Of a stretch of DNA of 64,000 nucleotides, positions 10,284-19,558 are shown piece by piece (the first letter of the stretch is position 1; each line of letters starts with the position of its first letter). Below the pieces are notes generated by a model that was not told the DNA's origin, did no database searches, and saw only the letters and a list, made by a program, of their open reading frames with translations. The DNA is from Alkalispirochaeta sp. GTDB taxonomy: Bacteria; Spirochaetota; Spirochaetia; DSM-27196; Alkalispirochaetaceae. The stretch spans positions 2,464,001-2,528,000 of the forward strand of contig OZ271854.1 in assembly GCA_965601925.1 (NCBI GenBank). Reading direction: 5' to 3'. A program made the translations under genes and the position numbers.

Positions 10284-11198
10284 ATGATTCGATTCAATGA
10301 TGTAACGAAACGCTACGGAGAGAAAACGGCGGTCTCGCGATTGAATATGACGATTGAGAACGGGTCGGTCTGCGTGCTGATCGGGCCGTCCGGATGCGGC
10401 AAGTCGACAACGCTCAAGATGATCAACCGTTTGTTGGAGCCCGACGACGGTACGTTGGAAGTCGCCGACGTGCCGCTCAGGGACTGGGATCCGGTCGCGT
10501 TGCGGCTCAAGATCGGATATGTGATTCAGTCGGTCGGCTTATTGCCCCACATGCGGGTGTGGCAGAATATCTCTTTGGTACCGCGCCTCCTCGGATGGGA
10601 TCGCCTACGGCGCCGCGAGCGCGCTGAGGAGCTGTTGGAACTGGTCGGTTTGGATCCCGCGGAGTATCGCGACAAGCACCCGAGCCAGCTCTCCGGCGGC
10701 GAGGCGCAGCGAGTAGGTGTGGCGCGCGCGTTGGCCGCCGATCCGCCGTATCTTCTCATGGATGAACCGTTCGGCGCCGTCGATCCGCTGACGCGCTCGA
10801 GCCTGCAGCAGTCCTTTCGTGAGATTCAGTCGCGGTTACGGAAGACGGTCGTCTTGGTGACCCACGACCTCGACGAGGCGATTTTTCTCGCCGATCGGAT
10901 TGCGCTTTTGCGCGACGGCGAGCTCCATCAGTTCGGCTCTCCCGGTGATATTCTCGCGCGTCCCGCCGATCCCTTCGTGGCGGAGTTCGTCGGGAGCGAC
11001 CGCATGCTTCGTATACTCAACACCGTTGAGCTGACCGGAGTCAACGGATCGCGGCGCGGCGACGGTGCAAAGCCGACCCTCAGGGACGCTTTGGCCCAAC
11101 TCCTCTCTTCGGAAAAGGAGACGATCGAGGTCGCTTTCGGAAACGGAGAGTCCAAAGAGCTCGATTTTGCCGGTATCCGCGAGATGGTGCGGTCGTGA
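10284..11198 (+). CDS. Osmoprotectant ABC transporter ATP-binding protein (YehX/OpuA type)
   Basis: GPSGCGKSTTLKMINRL, LSGGEAQR, MDEPFGAVD. Confidence 0.92.
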   Translation: MIRFNDVTKRYGEKTAVSRLNMTIENGSVCVLIGPSGCGKSTTLKMINRLLEPDDGTLEVADVPLRDWDPVALRLKIGYVIQSVGLLPHMRVWQNISLVPRLLGWDRLRRRERAEELLELVGLDPAEYRDKHPSQLSGGEAQRVGVARALAADPPYLLMDEPFGAVDPLTRSSLQQSFREIQSRLRKTVVLVTHDLDEAIFLADRIALLRDGELHQFGSPGDILARPADPFVAEFVGSDRMLRILNTVELTGVNGSRRGDGAKPTLRDALAQLLSSEKETIEVAFGNGESKELDFAGIREMVRS

Positions 11199-11932
11199 AA
11201 TTCGCGCGCCTCGTAGTACTCGTCGTGCTCCTCGTCGTAGTGCTCATCCCGAGCCTCTACGGACCCGTCGCGCGCGCGCTTTTCCCCGGGGAATCCACCT
11301 ACATATACACGCGAGTGACGATGGCCAACCTTCTGCTGCAACATATCGTGCTCGCCGGAGTCGCAACCGCCGCCGCCGCGGTAGGCGGTATTTCTATCGG
11401 CGTATTGGTGACGCGCCCTGCGGGACAGCCGTTGATTCCCCTCGTGCGCGACTTGGCGGCTCTGGCACAAACGATCCCGCCGGTGGCCGTGCTCGTTCTC
11501 GCCGTGCCCCTTCTGGGATTCGGTACGGCGCCGACGATTCTGGCACTCTTTCTCTTCAGTGTGTTGCCGATTCTCGGAAACACCGTGACCGGATTGCAGC
11601 AGATCGATCCCGCGTTGTTGGAGGCGTCCACCGGTATGGGGATGCGCGATTGGCGACGTCTTTTGGTGACGGAGCTACCCCTCGCCGCACCGGTGATGCT
11701 CGCCGGCGTACGTACCGCCGCGATCATATCGATCGGTACCGCCACGATCGGCGCGACGATCGGCGCCGGAGGGCTCGGCGTCGTCATTATCGCCGGGTTG
11801 GTGAGAGATAATCTCGCGTTTATCGCTGCGGGTGCGCTCGCCTCGGCGCTCTTGGCGCTCATCGTCGATTGGTTTTTCGAAGTCGCAGCCGCCTGGGTTA
11901 TGCGCATTCGGCAAGGCGAGAGCGCGGATTGA
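11195..11932 (+). CDS. Osmoprotectant ABC transporter permease (YehW type)
   Basis: QTIPPVAVL, EASTGMGM, GATIGAGGLG. Confidence 0.88.
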   Translation: MKFARLVVLVVLLVVVLIPSLYGPVARALFPGESTYIYTRVTMANLLLQHIVLAGVATAAAAVGGISIGVLVTRPAGQPLIPLVRDLAALAQTIPPVAVLVLAVPLLGFGTAPTILALFLFSVLPILGNTVTGLQQIDPALLEASTGMGMRDWRRLLVTELPLAAPVMLAGVRTAAIISIGTATIGATIGAGGLGVVIIAGLVRDNLAFIAAGALASALLALIVDWFFEVAAAWVMRIRQGESAD

Positions 11933-12070
11933 TACACCCTCCACAATCGACACAGTGTACGGTTCGTCGACGGAGGATGCGCCGACGGCGCGCCGTTGTC
12001 TGCGGACGAGTCTTTCGAAGAGTCCGAGTATCGACGGGTAACGCCGAATCCGTCGGCGGTTAGAGTAGGC

Positions 12071-13126
12071 CTATTTCTCCGCCTTGGGCAGCGTTATCGT
12101 CACGCCCGCGCTATGGTCATGCGACTCGAAGGTGCCGCCGTGCAGCGCGACGACCAATCTGGCGTGCTCGTCCTCGATATTGGTGTGCGACGGCCCGTTC
12201 GATGTCCCACCCGCGTTGTCGTTGGTAACCTTGATTGCGTAGTTCTCGCCGTAATCATCGACTCTAACGGTCACGGTGCGGTGCTGCGGTGCCGGCTCTC
12301 CCGATCTCCTCTCGATTGCGTGTTGCAGGGTGTTCAGGAGCACTTTGTTGATGAGATCGGCATCGACGGCGACCACGGCACAATCCGCGTTAATCGCCGC
12401 CTCTATCGAGGTAGTCGAGTGCGCGTGCTCGGACGCCTTGTTCTGGATGGCGCTGCGAACGAGGGGCACGATGTCGACGGCGCGACGATACACCGCATGG
12501 GTGCCCGATTCGAGCGCGCGAATATCCCGTAATATGGCTACAAAATCACGCGCCTTCATCGACCGCTCGCGAAGAGTTCGCACCAAAGGCGCAAGACCGT
12601 GGGCGTCGTGCCCGTCCAATTTACGGTGGAGCAGATCGGAGATTCCCACGATCGGAGCGAGAATGTTTGCAAGTTCATGCGTAATCGCCCGCTCATGGTG
12701 TACCCAGTGCGTGACGTCGTTCCCGCCCCCGTTTCCCGACGTCCGTGTGGTGCGTCGTCGTCGCGCGGCAAGCTCCGAGCCGATCCGCTCCAGCAACTCC
12801 GGAGCATCGATCGACCGCCGTAGCACGCCGTGAATACCGTCATGCACCGCGTTGAGCCCGGCCTTGTCCCACCCGTTGTCGCGCGTAAGCAGGACAACGG
12901 TATCGGGCGATGAACCGGCGAGACGTGCCCCCCACTGCGTCCCGTCCCCGTCCGGCAGCGTTTCGTGCACGATAACGACGCTGATTTTCAGCGCCTGCAA
13001 TACTTCGTCGGCGCGCTCCAAGCTTTCAACGCCGAAGGCCGCATATTCATCACCCTTTATCGCCTCCACGAGCGACTCTCTCGTCGGCGAATCGGGATCT
13101 ATGATCAATATGTTACATGCCGTCAT
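12071..13126 (-). CDS. Pseudo-receiver + HisKA + degenerate HATPase protein (possible phosphotransferase)
   Basis: REC-like N-terminus lacking the phospho-Asp (VVIVHET); H-box THELANILAPI; N/G boxes eroded (LNTLQHAI, VTNDNAGG, no GxGLG). Confidence 0.7.
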   Translation of the reverse strand: MTACNILIIDPDSPTRESLVEAIKGDEYAAFGVESLERADEVLQALKISVVIVHETLPDGDGTQWGARLAGSSPDTVVLLTRDNGWDKAGLNAVHDGIHGVLRRSIDAPELLERIGSELAARRRRTTRTSGNGGGNDVTHWVHHERAITHELANILAPIVGISDLLHRKLDGHDAHGLAPLVRTLRERSMKARDFVAILRDIRALESGTHAVYRRAVDIVPLVRSAIQNKASEHAHSTTSIEAAINADCAVVAVDADLINKVLLNTLQHAIERRSGEPAPQHRTVTVRVDDYGENYAIKVTNDNAGGTSNGPSHTNIEDEHARLVVALHGGTFESHDHSAGVTITLPKAEK

Positions 13127-13548
13127 TCAAACAACTCCGCCAATTTTGTTATAAGTTCATCGATATCGAGTGGTTTGGGGACGATACCCGCTATGCCTTC
13201 CTGCAGTAGTTTTTGGGCCTCTATCGAGTACGGTAGTGCGGTCACCAACAGCACGGGGGTACATATACCGGCTTTTCGCAACGTGCGATATACCGTTGTC
13301 CCGTCGACATTCGGCATGTTGAGGTCCAAGAGAATAGCATCGACCGAGTCATGCTCGGGATAGTCGATGCAATCCCGGCCGCTGGTGAACTCGATCGTCC
13401 TATACTCATAAAGACGAAGAATGCTCGCGATAGTGCTATGTACGGCGACGTCGTCGTCTACGATCATTATAGTCTGTCGAGCGTCTCCGTGCTTAGTGAG
13501 GCGCACATCGTGCGGGCGTCTCATATCGTCAGTGTTTGTTCTTCTCAT
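13123..13548 (-). CDS. Single-domain response regulator
   Basis: IMIVDDD, LLDLNMPNVDG, LVTA and PKPL: intact receiver residues. Confidence 0.85.
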   Translation of the reverse strand: MRRTNTDDMRRPHDVRLTKHGDARQTIMIVDDDVAVHSTIASILRLYEYRTIEFTSGRDCIDYPEHDSVDAILLDLNMPNVDGTTVYRTLRKAGICTPVLLVTALPYSIEAQKLLQEGIAGIVPKPLDIDELITKLAELFE

Positions 13549-15299
13549 ACGCCGCTCCCGGAGAGGTAACCTACGGTCTCATGGATTGGAATCGGTTTTG
13601 AATAATGGTATCCCTGTGCGAGATCGCAACCGAGATCCCGCAAAGCGGTCTTTTGACTCGCCGTCTCGACACCTTCGGCCACGGTACCGATACCAAGTTT
13701 CTGCGCCATCGATATGATGGTCGAAACGATCGTTTCGACTCGTGAATTGACGTGCATGGTACTCACGAACTCACGATCGACCTTGATGAGATCAAACCCG
13801 AATTGCACGAGATAAGACATCGACGAATAACCGGTGCCGAAATCGTCTATCGCTACCTTCACCCCGATATCTTTGAGGCGCTGCAAGGTTCGGATTGTGC
13901 GGTCGGAGTTCGATATGAACGTACTCTCGGTGATTTCCACCACGACATTATCATGATTCTTCAGTTTGTCCATGATTTTTCCGACGAGGTTTGCCGAATC
14001 CGACGAGCACTGCAAATGCATCGGCGATACGTTGAACGATAGATGAAAGTCCGCCGGCTTAAACGATCCAAGCGTGTCTTGTAGTCGTGCGATTGCCTCA
14101 ACGATCCACTCCGTGACCGGTATAATGAGACGACTCTGCTCCAAGACCGGAACGAAGATGTTCGGTGGAACATCTCCGAGTTCCTCGTCGTTCCATCGTA
14201 GCAGCACTTCCCCGCCGTAAGGAGCGTCGTCGACCAAACGATGATACGGTTGCACCACAAGATCCAGCGCATTGTTCGATACCGCCTTTCTCAAGCGGCT
14301 TTCCAATACGGCGTTTTTGCGAACCACGCGCTTCTTTTCCGATTGAAAGAACTGATATCCGGCTCCGCCTTGCTGCTGTTGTGTATATAACGCCGTGATT
14401 GCCCGGTCATACATCATCTGCGTTGTCGTACCGTCCATGGGAAACAGAGCGATTCCGGCGCTCAGGCTTATCCGGGAGTAGCGCAACGCATCCGATTCTC
14501 GTTCAACGGCGAGAATTCTGTTGACCTTGTCGACGACGATGTCAATTTCCTCGGCGGCGCGTAACTCCATTACTAGTGCCAGTTCGCCCGGTCCAATGTG
14601 CGCCAACGTATCTCGCTCAAACAGCTCGCCGCGCAATCGCGCCGACAGCGAGTGCAACATCGCGTCGACGCGACACGCCCCTTCGGCGATCACGATCGCC
14701 GGTAGGTTATCCACGCCGATTGCGATAAGTGCGACGTGTCCCCCCTGTACCCGTTGGCGAACGATCGCCTCCTCCAGCGTCTCAACCAACGCAGTGCGGT
14801 TGGGTAGTTCCGTCACGGCGTCGCATACACTCAAAGGACGCTCGTGACCGGCCGCCCGCGGCTCGATGTCCTCACGCGAAAGACGAGCAAGTTTCAATGC
14901 GAGACGGCGGTACTCCAGTACACGGCGAAGCGAGAGGCGAAACCGCTCAATGTGGAACGGCTTCGCTAAACAGTCGAAGGCGCCGCACTTCAAGACATTA
15001 CCCAAGCATTCCCCGCTTGCATCATCGACCGTCGCAATGACTTGCGGGCGGGAATGGACCCTATTCGCGCTCGTGACGATGGTGTCGACCGACGAATCGT
15101 CGCCCGCGAGATCGGCAAACACTACATCGATCGTATCGTGTTCGAGGTGACGAATCGCGGCCAGCGGTCCCGGCGCGGTGATCACCTGACAATCGATTTC
15201 CGTGACGATTTTCTGAAAAAACGAGTGCGTCTCCTCGTCTTCGCCCACCACTAATAAGCGAATCTGATCGCGCGTCTGATTGGGTTGTTCTGTTCTCAT
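13545..15299 (-). CDS. REC-GGDEF(degenerate)-EAL protein, probable c-di-GMP phosphodiesterase
   Basis: REC (VFAD, AKPF); GGDEF site reads GPGEL; EAL residues intact: QP, EVLLRW, FNVS, EITES, DDFGTGYSS, IKVD, AEGVET, QGY. Confidence 0.9.
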   Translation of the reverse strand: MRTEQPNQTRDQIRLLVVGEDEETHSFFQKIVTEIDCQVITAPGPLAAIRHLEHDTIDVVFADLAGDDSSVDTIVTSANRVHSRPQVIATVDDASGECLGNVLKCGAFDCLAKPFHIERFRLSLRRVLEYRRLALKLARLSREDIEPRAAGHERPLSVCDAVTELPNRTALVETLEEAIVRQRVQGGHVALIAIGVDNLPAIVIAEGACRVDAMLHSLSARLRGELFERDTLAHIGPGELALVMELRAAEEIDIVVDKVNRILAVERESDALRYSRISLSAGIALFPMDGTTTQMMYDRAITALYTQQQQGGAGYQFFQSEKKRVVRKNAVLESRLRKAVSNNALDLVVQPYHRLVDDAPYGGEVLLRWNDEELGDVPPNIFVPVLEQSRLIIPVTEWIVEAIARLQDTLGSFKPADFHLSFNVSPMHLQCSSDSANLVGKIMDKLKNHDNVVVEITESTFISNSDRTIRTLQRLKDIGVKVAIDDFGTGYSSMSYLVQFGFDLIKVDREFVSTMHVNSRVETIVSTIISMAQKLGIGTVAEGVETASQKTALRDLGCDLAQGYHYSKPIPIHETVGYLSGSGV

Positions 15300-15315
15300 C
15301 GTTAATTAGAAGCGA

Positions 15316-15331
15316 AGCAATATACATGCCA
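15316..15331 (-). promoter_or_regulatory. sigma54 -24/-12 promoter for the leftward EAL operon
   Basis: Minus strand reads TGGCATGTATATTGCT (GG-N10-GC), 16 bp upstream of ATG 15299. Confidence 0.75.
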
Positions 15332-15446
15332 TGGATCTACAAGTGACCCAAAAAGACGATTATCGGGACATCGCCGGTGCAGAGCTCGAGTTTACCGGTT
15401 TTGTCGTACGCGTGCTTCGTGCCGAGAGTGGCCCGGGCGGCGCGAT

Positions 15447-15498
15447 TGTTTCATGTGTGTTTCACATATGAAACAGATTCTGTTGCAATCCTGCAACA
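15447..15498. promoter_or_regulatory. Tandem palindromes, putative enhancer (UAS) for a sigma54 activator
   Basis: TGTTTCA-CATA-TGAAACA 15458-15475 and TGTTGCA-ATCC-TGCAACA 15481-15498, plus a half-site TGTTTCA 15447-15453. Confidence 0.7.
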
Positions 15499-15622
15499 AA
15501 TCATATGCGCCCGATCGGTGAAGCGGGCCGCGTCCCCGCTTTTTCGTCTCACATGAGCGGGATATCTCGCGTTTTCCGTTCGATTACCGTCCTGTGTAAT
15601 CGTTTACTCCTTTTTCGTCTAA

Positions 15623-15639
15623 TTGGCATCGAAATTGCT
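15623..15639 (+). promoter_or_regulatory. sigma54 -24/-12 promoter for the che operon
   Basis: TTGGCATCGAAATTGCT (GG-N10-GC), 14 bp upstream of ATG 15654. Confidence 0.75.
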
Positions 15640-15653
15640 TGATAACAATCGGC

Positions 15654-18020
15654 ATGAAAAACCAATTCGCGGAAGACAATAAGAAACTCGAGTACGACGG
15701 ATCGGGTCAGGAAGCGAACCGGAACGGGACGACGGATGCGTCGCCCGCGGCGAGTAGTGAGTCGCAGACCCATACCGGCGATCGTTCCGACGAGGGTTCG
15801 ACCGGCACATGGGAAGCTACTCTGGTAGAGATCGACGACCTCATGGTTCTGAATACCTTCCTGCAGGAGTGTACGGATCATCTCGAGAACATCGAGGAAA
15901 AGATCATCCGTCTCGAGCAGAAGAACGATACCGAGTTGGTCGATGAGATCTTCCGCTCCATGCACACGATCAAAGGCACGTCCGGATTCTTCGGCTTCCA
16001 ATCGATCATGCAGTTGAGTCATGGATTGGAGACGATCCTCACCGACCTACGAAACGACTCCCGGACGATGTCGCCGACGCTCGGCGATCTGCTCTTGGAG
16101 GGGTCCGATCACATCCGGAAGATGATAGACGACATCAGATCGGCCGTTACCGGGCGAGATCAAGACGACCTTCCCTTTTCCATTCCCGAGGCTACCAAGG
16201 ACATCTCGGCACTGCTTGAGAAGGTAACATCGTCCGGTTCTGAAGAGCTGGCCGCCTCAGATCGCGATTCCGACGCGAATCGCGTCGTGGTCGAGCTCAC
16301 ATCCGAGGAGATGAGCGAGAGCTTTCAATCCGAGACGCTTGATCTCCTGGCGCAGGTCGAGGCGCAGTTGTTGGAGCTGGAGAAGGGCCCGAACGACCGT
16401 AACATCGTCGACCGGATATTCCGCCATGTACACACGATAAAGGGAAACGCCGGGTTCCTCGGTTTCGATGCGATCGAGCGCGTCTGTGCGAATCTCGAAG
16501 ATGTGTTGGACAGTCTCCGAAATGATTCTCGTGCCGCGAGTCAAAAGATCATCACCGGTTTGCTGCGTACCGTAGACGCATTGCGCCACTCGGTAACCGG
16601 CATCGCCGCGCAGGACGACGACGCTCCCGGAGACGGTTGTCAGTTCTCATTGGAGGACCAGTGTAAACCTCTCGGAGAGATTCTTGTCGAACTCGGGCTC
16701 GTGGCGGAGGAGGCGGTCGACGAAGCGCTGGACGAGCAAAAACGTCGGCTGGGCGAGATTCTCGTATCGAAAGGGTGCCTCTCGGAAGAGGGCCTTGGTC
16801 GCGCGCTCGAACAACAGCAGAAACCCGGCGGTACCGACCGGTTGGTCTCCAGCCGGAAAGACGTGCGGGTGAATGTGGAGAAGCTGGATCGCTTGTTCGA
16901 TCTGATGGGGGAGTTGATTACCGCTCAGGCGATGGTCGTCCAGAATCCCGATCTTGAAGGGCTCGATCTGCAACGCTTCAGCAGTGCGGCGAACTACATG
17001 GGCAAAATCACTCGGCAAATGCAAGAGATCACGATGTCCGTTCGTATGATCCCGTTGGAGGGAATGTTCAACAAGGTGCGCCGCGTCGTACGCGATTTGT
17101 CGCGCCGCATAGAACGGCCCATCACGCTGACCGATTCGGGTGGCGATACCGAGATGGATCGTAACGTTATCGAAGCGCTGTCGGATCCGTTGGTGCATAT
17201 CATCCGCAACGCCGTGGACCACGGGATCGAGCCGCCTGAGGGACGGAAGGCCGCCGGTAAAGCGGCTGAAGGACATATCGACCTTAGTGCGCGTTACGAG
17301 GGAAGCGAGATTTGGATAAGTGTGCGCGACGATGGACGCGGTCTCGACCGGGACAAGATCGTCGCACGCGCCGTAGAAAAGGGGTTGGCTACCGACTCGG
17401 AGGCGCAATCGCTGTCCGACTCCGCGGTGTGGCAGTTCATCTTCCACCCCGGTTTCTCCACGGCTGAGCAAGTATCGGACGTTTCCGGACGCGGTGTCGG
17501 TATGGACGTCGTGAGACGAAACATTGAGCAGCTGCGAGGCAAGATCGATGTGCTGACGACACCGGGAACCGGTACCGAGATCGTTCTTAAGATACCGCTG
17601 ACGTTGGCAATCATAGACGGCGTAATCACGAGGGTCGGCAATATCCTCTACGCGATTCCGCTCATCGATATACGCGAGTTCCATCAAGTGCTCCCCGGTC
17701 AAATCGTCGCCTCCACGTCTGCGGGAGAGGTGCTCCGTTTGAGGGAAAACGTTATTCCGATCGTACGACTCAGGGAGTTCTTTAAACGTTTGCAGGTAGA
17801 GGATCACCAGGGAAAGAGTGTTTTTGTCGTCGTACAGTCCGGTATCGAGCGGGCGGCGCTTTTGGTGGACGAGATCGTGGGGTACCACCAAATCGTCGTG
17901 AAGTCTCTCCCCGAGTACATGGGACACATGAACGGTTTGAGCGGTTGCAGTGTCCTGGGCAACGGAGACGTGAGTCTCATCATCGACACGAACGCGATAG
18001 TGAAGGGACGAGCGGCGTAG
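15654..18020 (+). CDS. cheA: Chemotaxis histidine kinase CheA with two Hpt domains and a tandem MshEN-like motif
   Basis: IFRSMHTIKG and IFRHVHTIKG; PLGEILVELG...RLGEILVSKG; VRVNVEKLDRL; HIIRNAVDHGIE; DDGRG; SGRGVGMDVV; C-terminal CheW-like P5. Start codon uncertain. Confidence 0.95.
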   Translation: MKNQFAEDNKKLEYDGSGQEANRNGTTDASPAASSESQTHTGDRSDEGSTGTWEATLVEIDDLMVLNTFLQECTDHLENIEEKIIRLEQKNDTELVDEIFRSMHTIKGTSGFFGFQSIMQLSHGLETILTDLRNDSRTMSPTLGDLLLEGSDHIRKMIDDIRSAVTGRDQDDLPFSIPEATKDISALLEKVTSSGSEELAASDRDSDANRVVVELTSEEMSESFQSETLDLLAQVEAQLLELEKGPNDRNIVDRIFRHVHTIKGNAGFLGFDAIERVCANLEDVLDSLRNDSRAASQKIITGLLRTVDALRHSVTGIAAQDDDAPGDGCQFSLEDQCKPLGEILVELGLVAEEAVDEALDEQKRRLGEILVSKGCLSEEGLGRALEQQQKPGGTDRLVSSRKDVRVNVEKLDRLFDLMGELITAQAMVVQNPDLEGLDLQRFSSAANYMGKITRQMQEITMSVRMIPLEGMFNKVRRVVRDLSRRIERPITLTDSGGDTEMDRNVIEALSDPLVHIIRNAVDHGIEPPEGRKAAGKAAEGHIDLSARYEGSEIWISVRDDGRGLDRDKIVARAVEKGLATDSEAQSLSDSAVWQFIFHPGFSTAEQVSDVSGRGVGMDVVRRNIEQLRGKIDVLTTPGTGTEIVLKIPLTLAIIDGVITRVGNILYAIPLIDIREFHQVLPGQIVASTSAGEVLRLRENVIPIVRLREFFKRLQVEDHQGKSVFVVVQSGIERAALLVDEIVGYHQIVVKSLPEYMGHMNGLSGCSVLGNGDVSLIIDTNAIVKGRAA

Positions 18021-18065
18021 CCGGTCGTGGATAGCAGAAGCGATACGAAAAAGAGGAGCGAGCGG

Positions 18066-18587
18066 ATGGCCAATACGATGCAAGAGAACGATTTCGTCGA
18101 CGAGCTGTGGGCGGAAGATGATGAGGATACGAAGGCCGGGGCGTCCAAGTATCTCTTGTTTTATCTCGGCGACGAGTTGTACGGCGTGAACATCATCAAT
18201 GTGACCGAGATTATCGAAATGCAACGCATTACGCCGGTTCCCGACATGCCGAACTACATCAGAGGGGTGATCAATCTCCGCGGGAAGGTCATTCCCGTGA
18301 TGGATTTGCGCCTGCGATTTCGCATGTCGGAGCGAGAGTACGACGACCGTACCTGCATCGTGGTAACCAGCATCGACAAATCGTCCCTCGGACTCATCGT
18401 CGACACCGTCGCCGAAGTCCACGATATCCATCCCGACAACGTGGAACACGCGTCGAGGATGCCGTCGTCGGAGGGCGAACAGTACGTAGAGGGTATCGGA
18501 AAGCTGGACGATCGAGTTTCGGTGTTAATCGACGCGCGCAAAATCCTCCGCGGAGAGGCGTTGCAGGCCGTCCAGGACCAGCTCTGA
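18066..18587 (+). CDS. cheW: Chemotaxis adaptor CheW
   Basis: YLLFYL, ITPVPDMPNYIRGVINLRGKVIPVMDLR, GLIVDTV. Confidence 0.93.
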   Translation: MANTMQENDFVDELWAEDDEDTKAGASKYLLFYLGDELYGVNIINVTEIIEMQRITPVPDMPNYIRGVINLRGKVIPVMDLRLRFRMSEREYDDRTCIVVTSIDKSSLGLIVDTVAEVHDIHPDNVEHASRMPSSEGEQYVEGIGKLDDRVSVLIDARKILRGEALQAVQDQL

Positions 18588-18625
18588 AGAGTCGAATATG
18601 GCGAAAGGTAAAAAGGCGGACGATA

Positions 18626-19558
18626 ATGACGGCAGCGCGCTCTGATCTCGTGGCGACAAACGGACTCCTTACCATCTCGCATGGAGAGTTCGCACGCGTG
18701 CGCGAGCTTATCTACCGACGGTTCGGTATCCACCTGTCGGAACAAAAGAAGACGCTCGTCCAGGGGCGGCTCAACAAACACTTACGGTCCAAGGGCTATC
18801 GGGCGTTTGGAGACTATCTGGACGACCTCGAGCGCGACGGCTCCGTGGAACGCCTCCTTTCGCTGGTGGATTGCATCTCGACAAACCACTCGTTCTTCTT
18901 TCGTGAGGCGGGTCACTTTCAATATCTTCAGGAGACGGTGTTCCCTCAGCTGCAGCGGGATGGGGTTGCGCCGACGGATCTCGCGATCTGGTGTGCGGGT
19001 GCCGCCGGCGGACAGGAACCCTACACCCTGGCGATGGTCCTCCGCGAGTACTTCGGCGACTCCGTCACGTGGCGTAGGCCGGCGATTTTGGCGACCGACA
19101 TCTCCGTGAGCGCCCTCGAGCAGGCCAAGGCGGCCACATATCCGGCGGAGGTCGTTAAGGCAACTCCGGTGCGGTATCGCAAATACTTCGTCAACGACGG
19201 GTCGGGCGGCGTCCGCGTGACCGACGACATACGCAGGATGATTTTGTTCAAGCGGCTCAATCTCATCCAGCCGCGCTTCCCCTTCAAAGGAAAGTTCCAC
19301 GTCGTCTTCTGTCGCAACGTGATGATCTATTTCGACACTCCGACGAAGATGGAACTTGCGGCTCGGTTCAGTCGGTACACGACCCCGAACGGTTATCTGA
19401 TCATCGGCCACTCCGAAAGCCTCGGCCGAGAGCCTGCGGGATATCGATACGTTCAACCCACGGTATACCGACGATACCGCGAGGGCGATGGAAGCTTGTC
19501 GGGAACCAAGGACCGCGCCGTAGGCGCGAAGCATACAGAGAACGAACACGCGAGGTAA
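18626..19558 (+). CDS. cheR: Chemotaxis methyltransferase CheR
   Basis: STNHSFFFRE, IWCAGAAGGQEPYT, ATDIS, VVFCRNVMIYFD, GHSE. Confidence 0.93.
   Translation: MTAARSDLVATNGLLTISHGEFARVRELIYRRFGIHLSEQKKTLVQGRLNKHLRSKGYRAFGDYLDDLERDGSVERLLSLVDCISTNHSFFFREAGHFQYLQETVFPQLQRDGVAPTDLAIWCAGAAGGQEPYTLAMVLREYFGDSVTWRRPAILATDISVSALEQAKAATYPAEVVKATPVRYRKYFVNDGSGGVRVTDDIRRMILFKRLNLIQPRFPFKGKFHVVFCRNVMIYFDTPTKMELAARFSRYTTPNGYLIIGHSESLGREPAGYRYVQPTVYRRYREGDGSLSGTKDRAVGAKHTENEHAR

Noticed and set aside
15531..15545. Tail of an AAGCGGG...CCCGCTTTTT hairpin in the che control region, considered as a c-di-GMP riboswitch or terminator
   Set aside because: No riboswitch consensus, and it lies upstream of both predicted TSSs, so it would not be in either mRNA.
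16647..18449. 600-aa minus-strand ORF
   Set aside because: Antisense shadow of cheA/cheW; no motifs, and expected from codon bias in GC-rich DNA.
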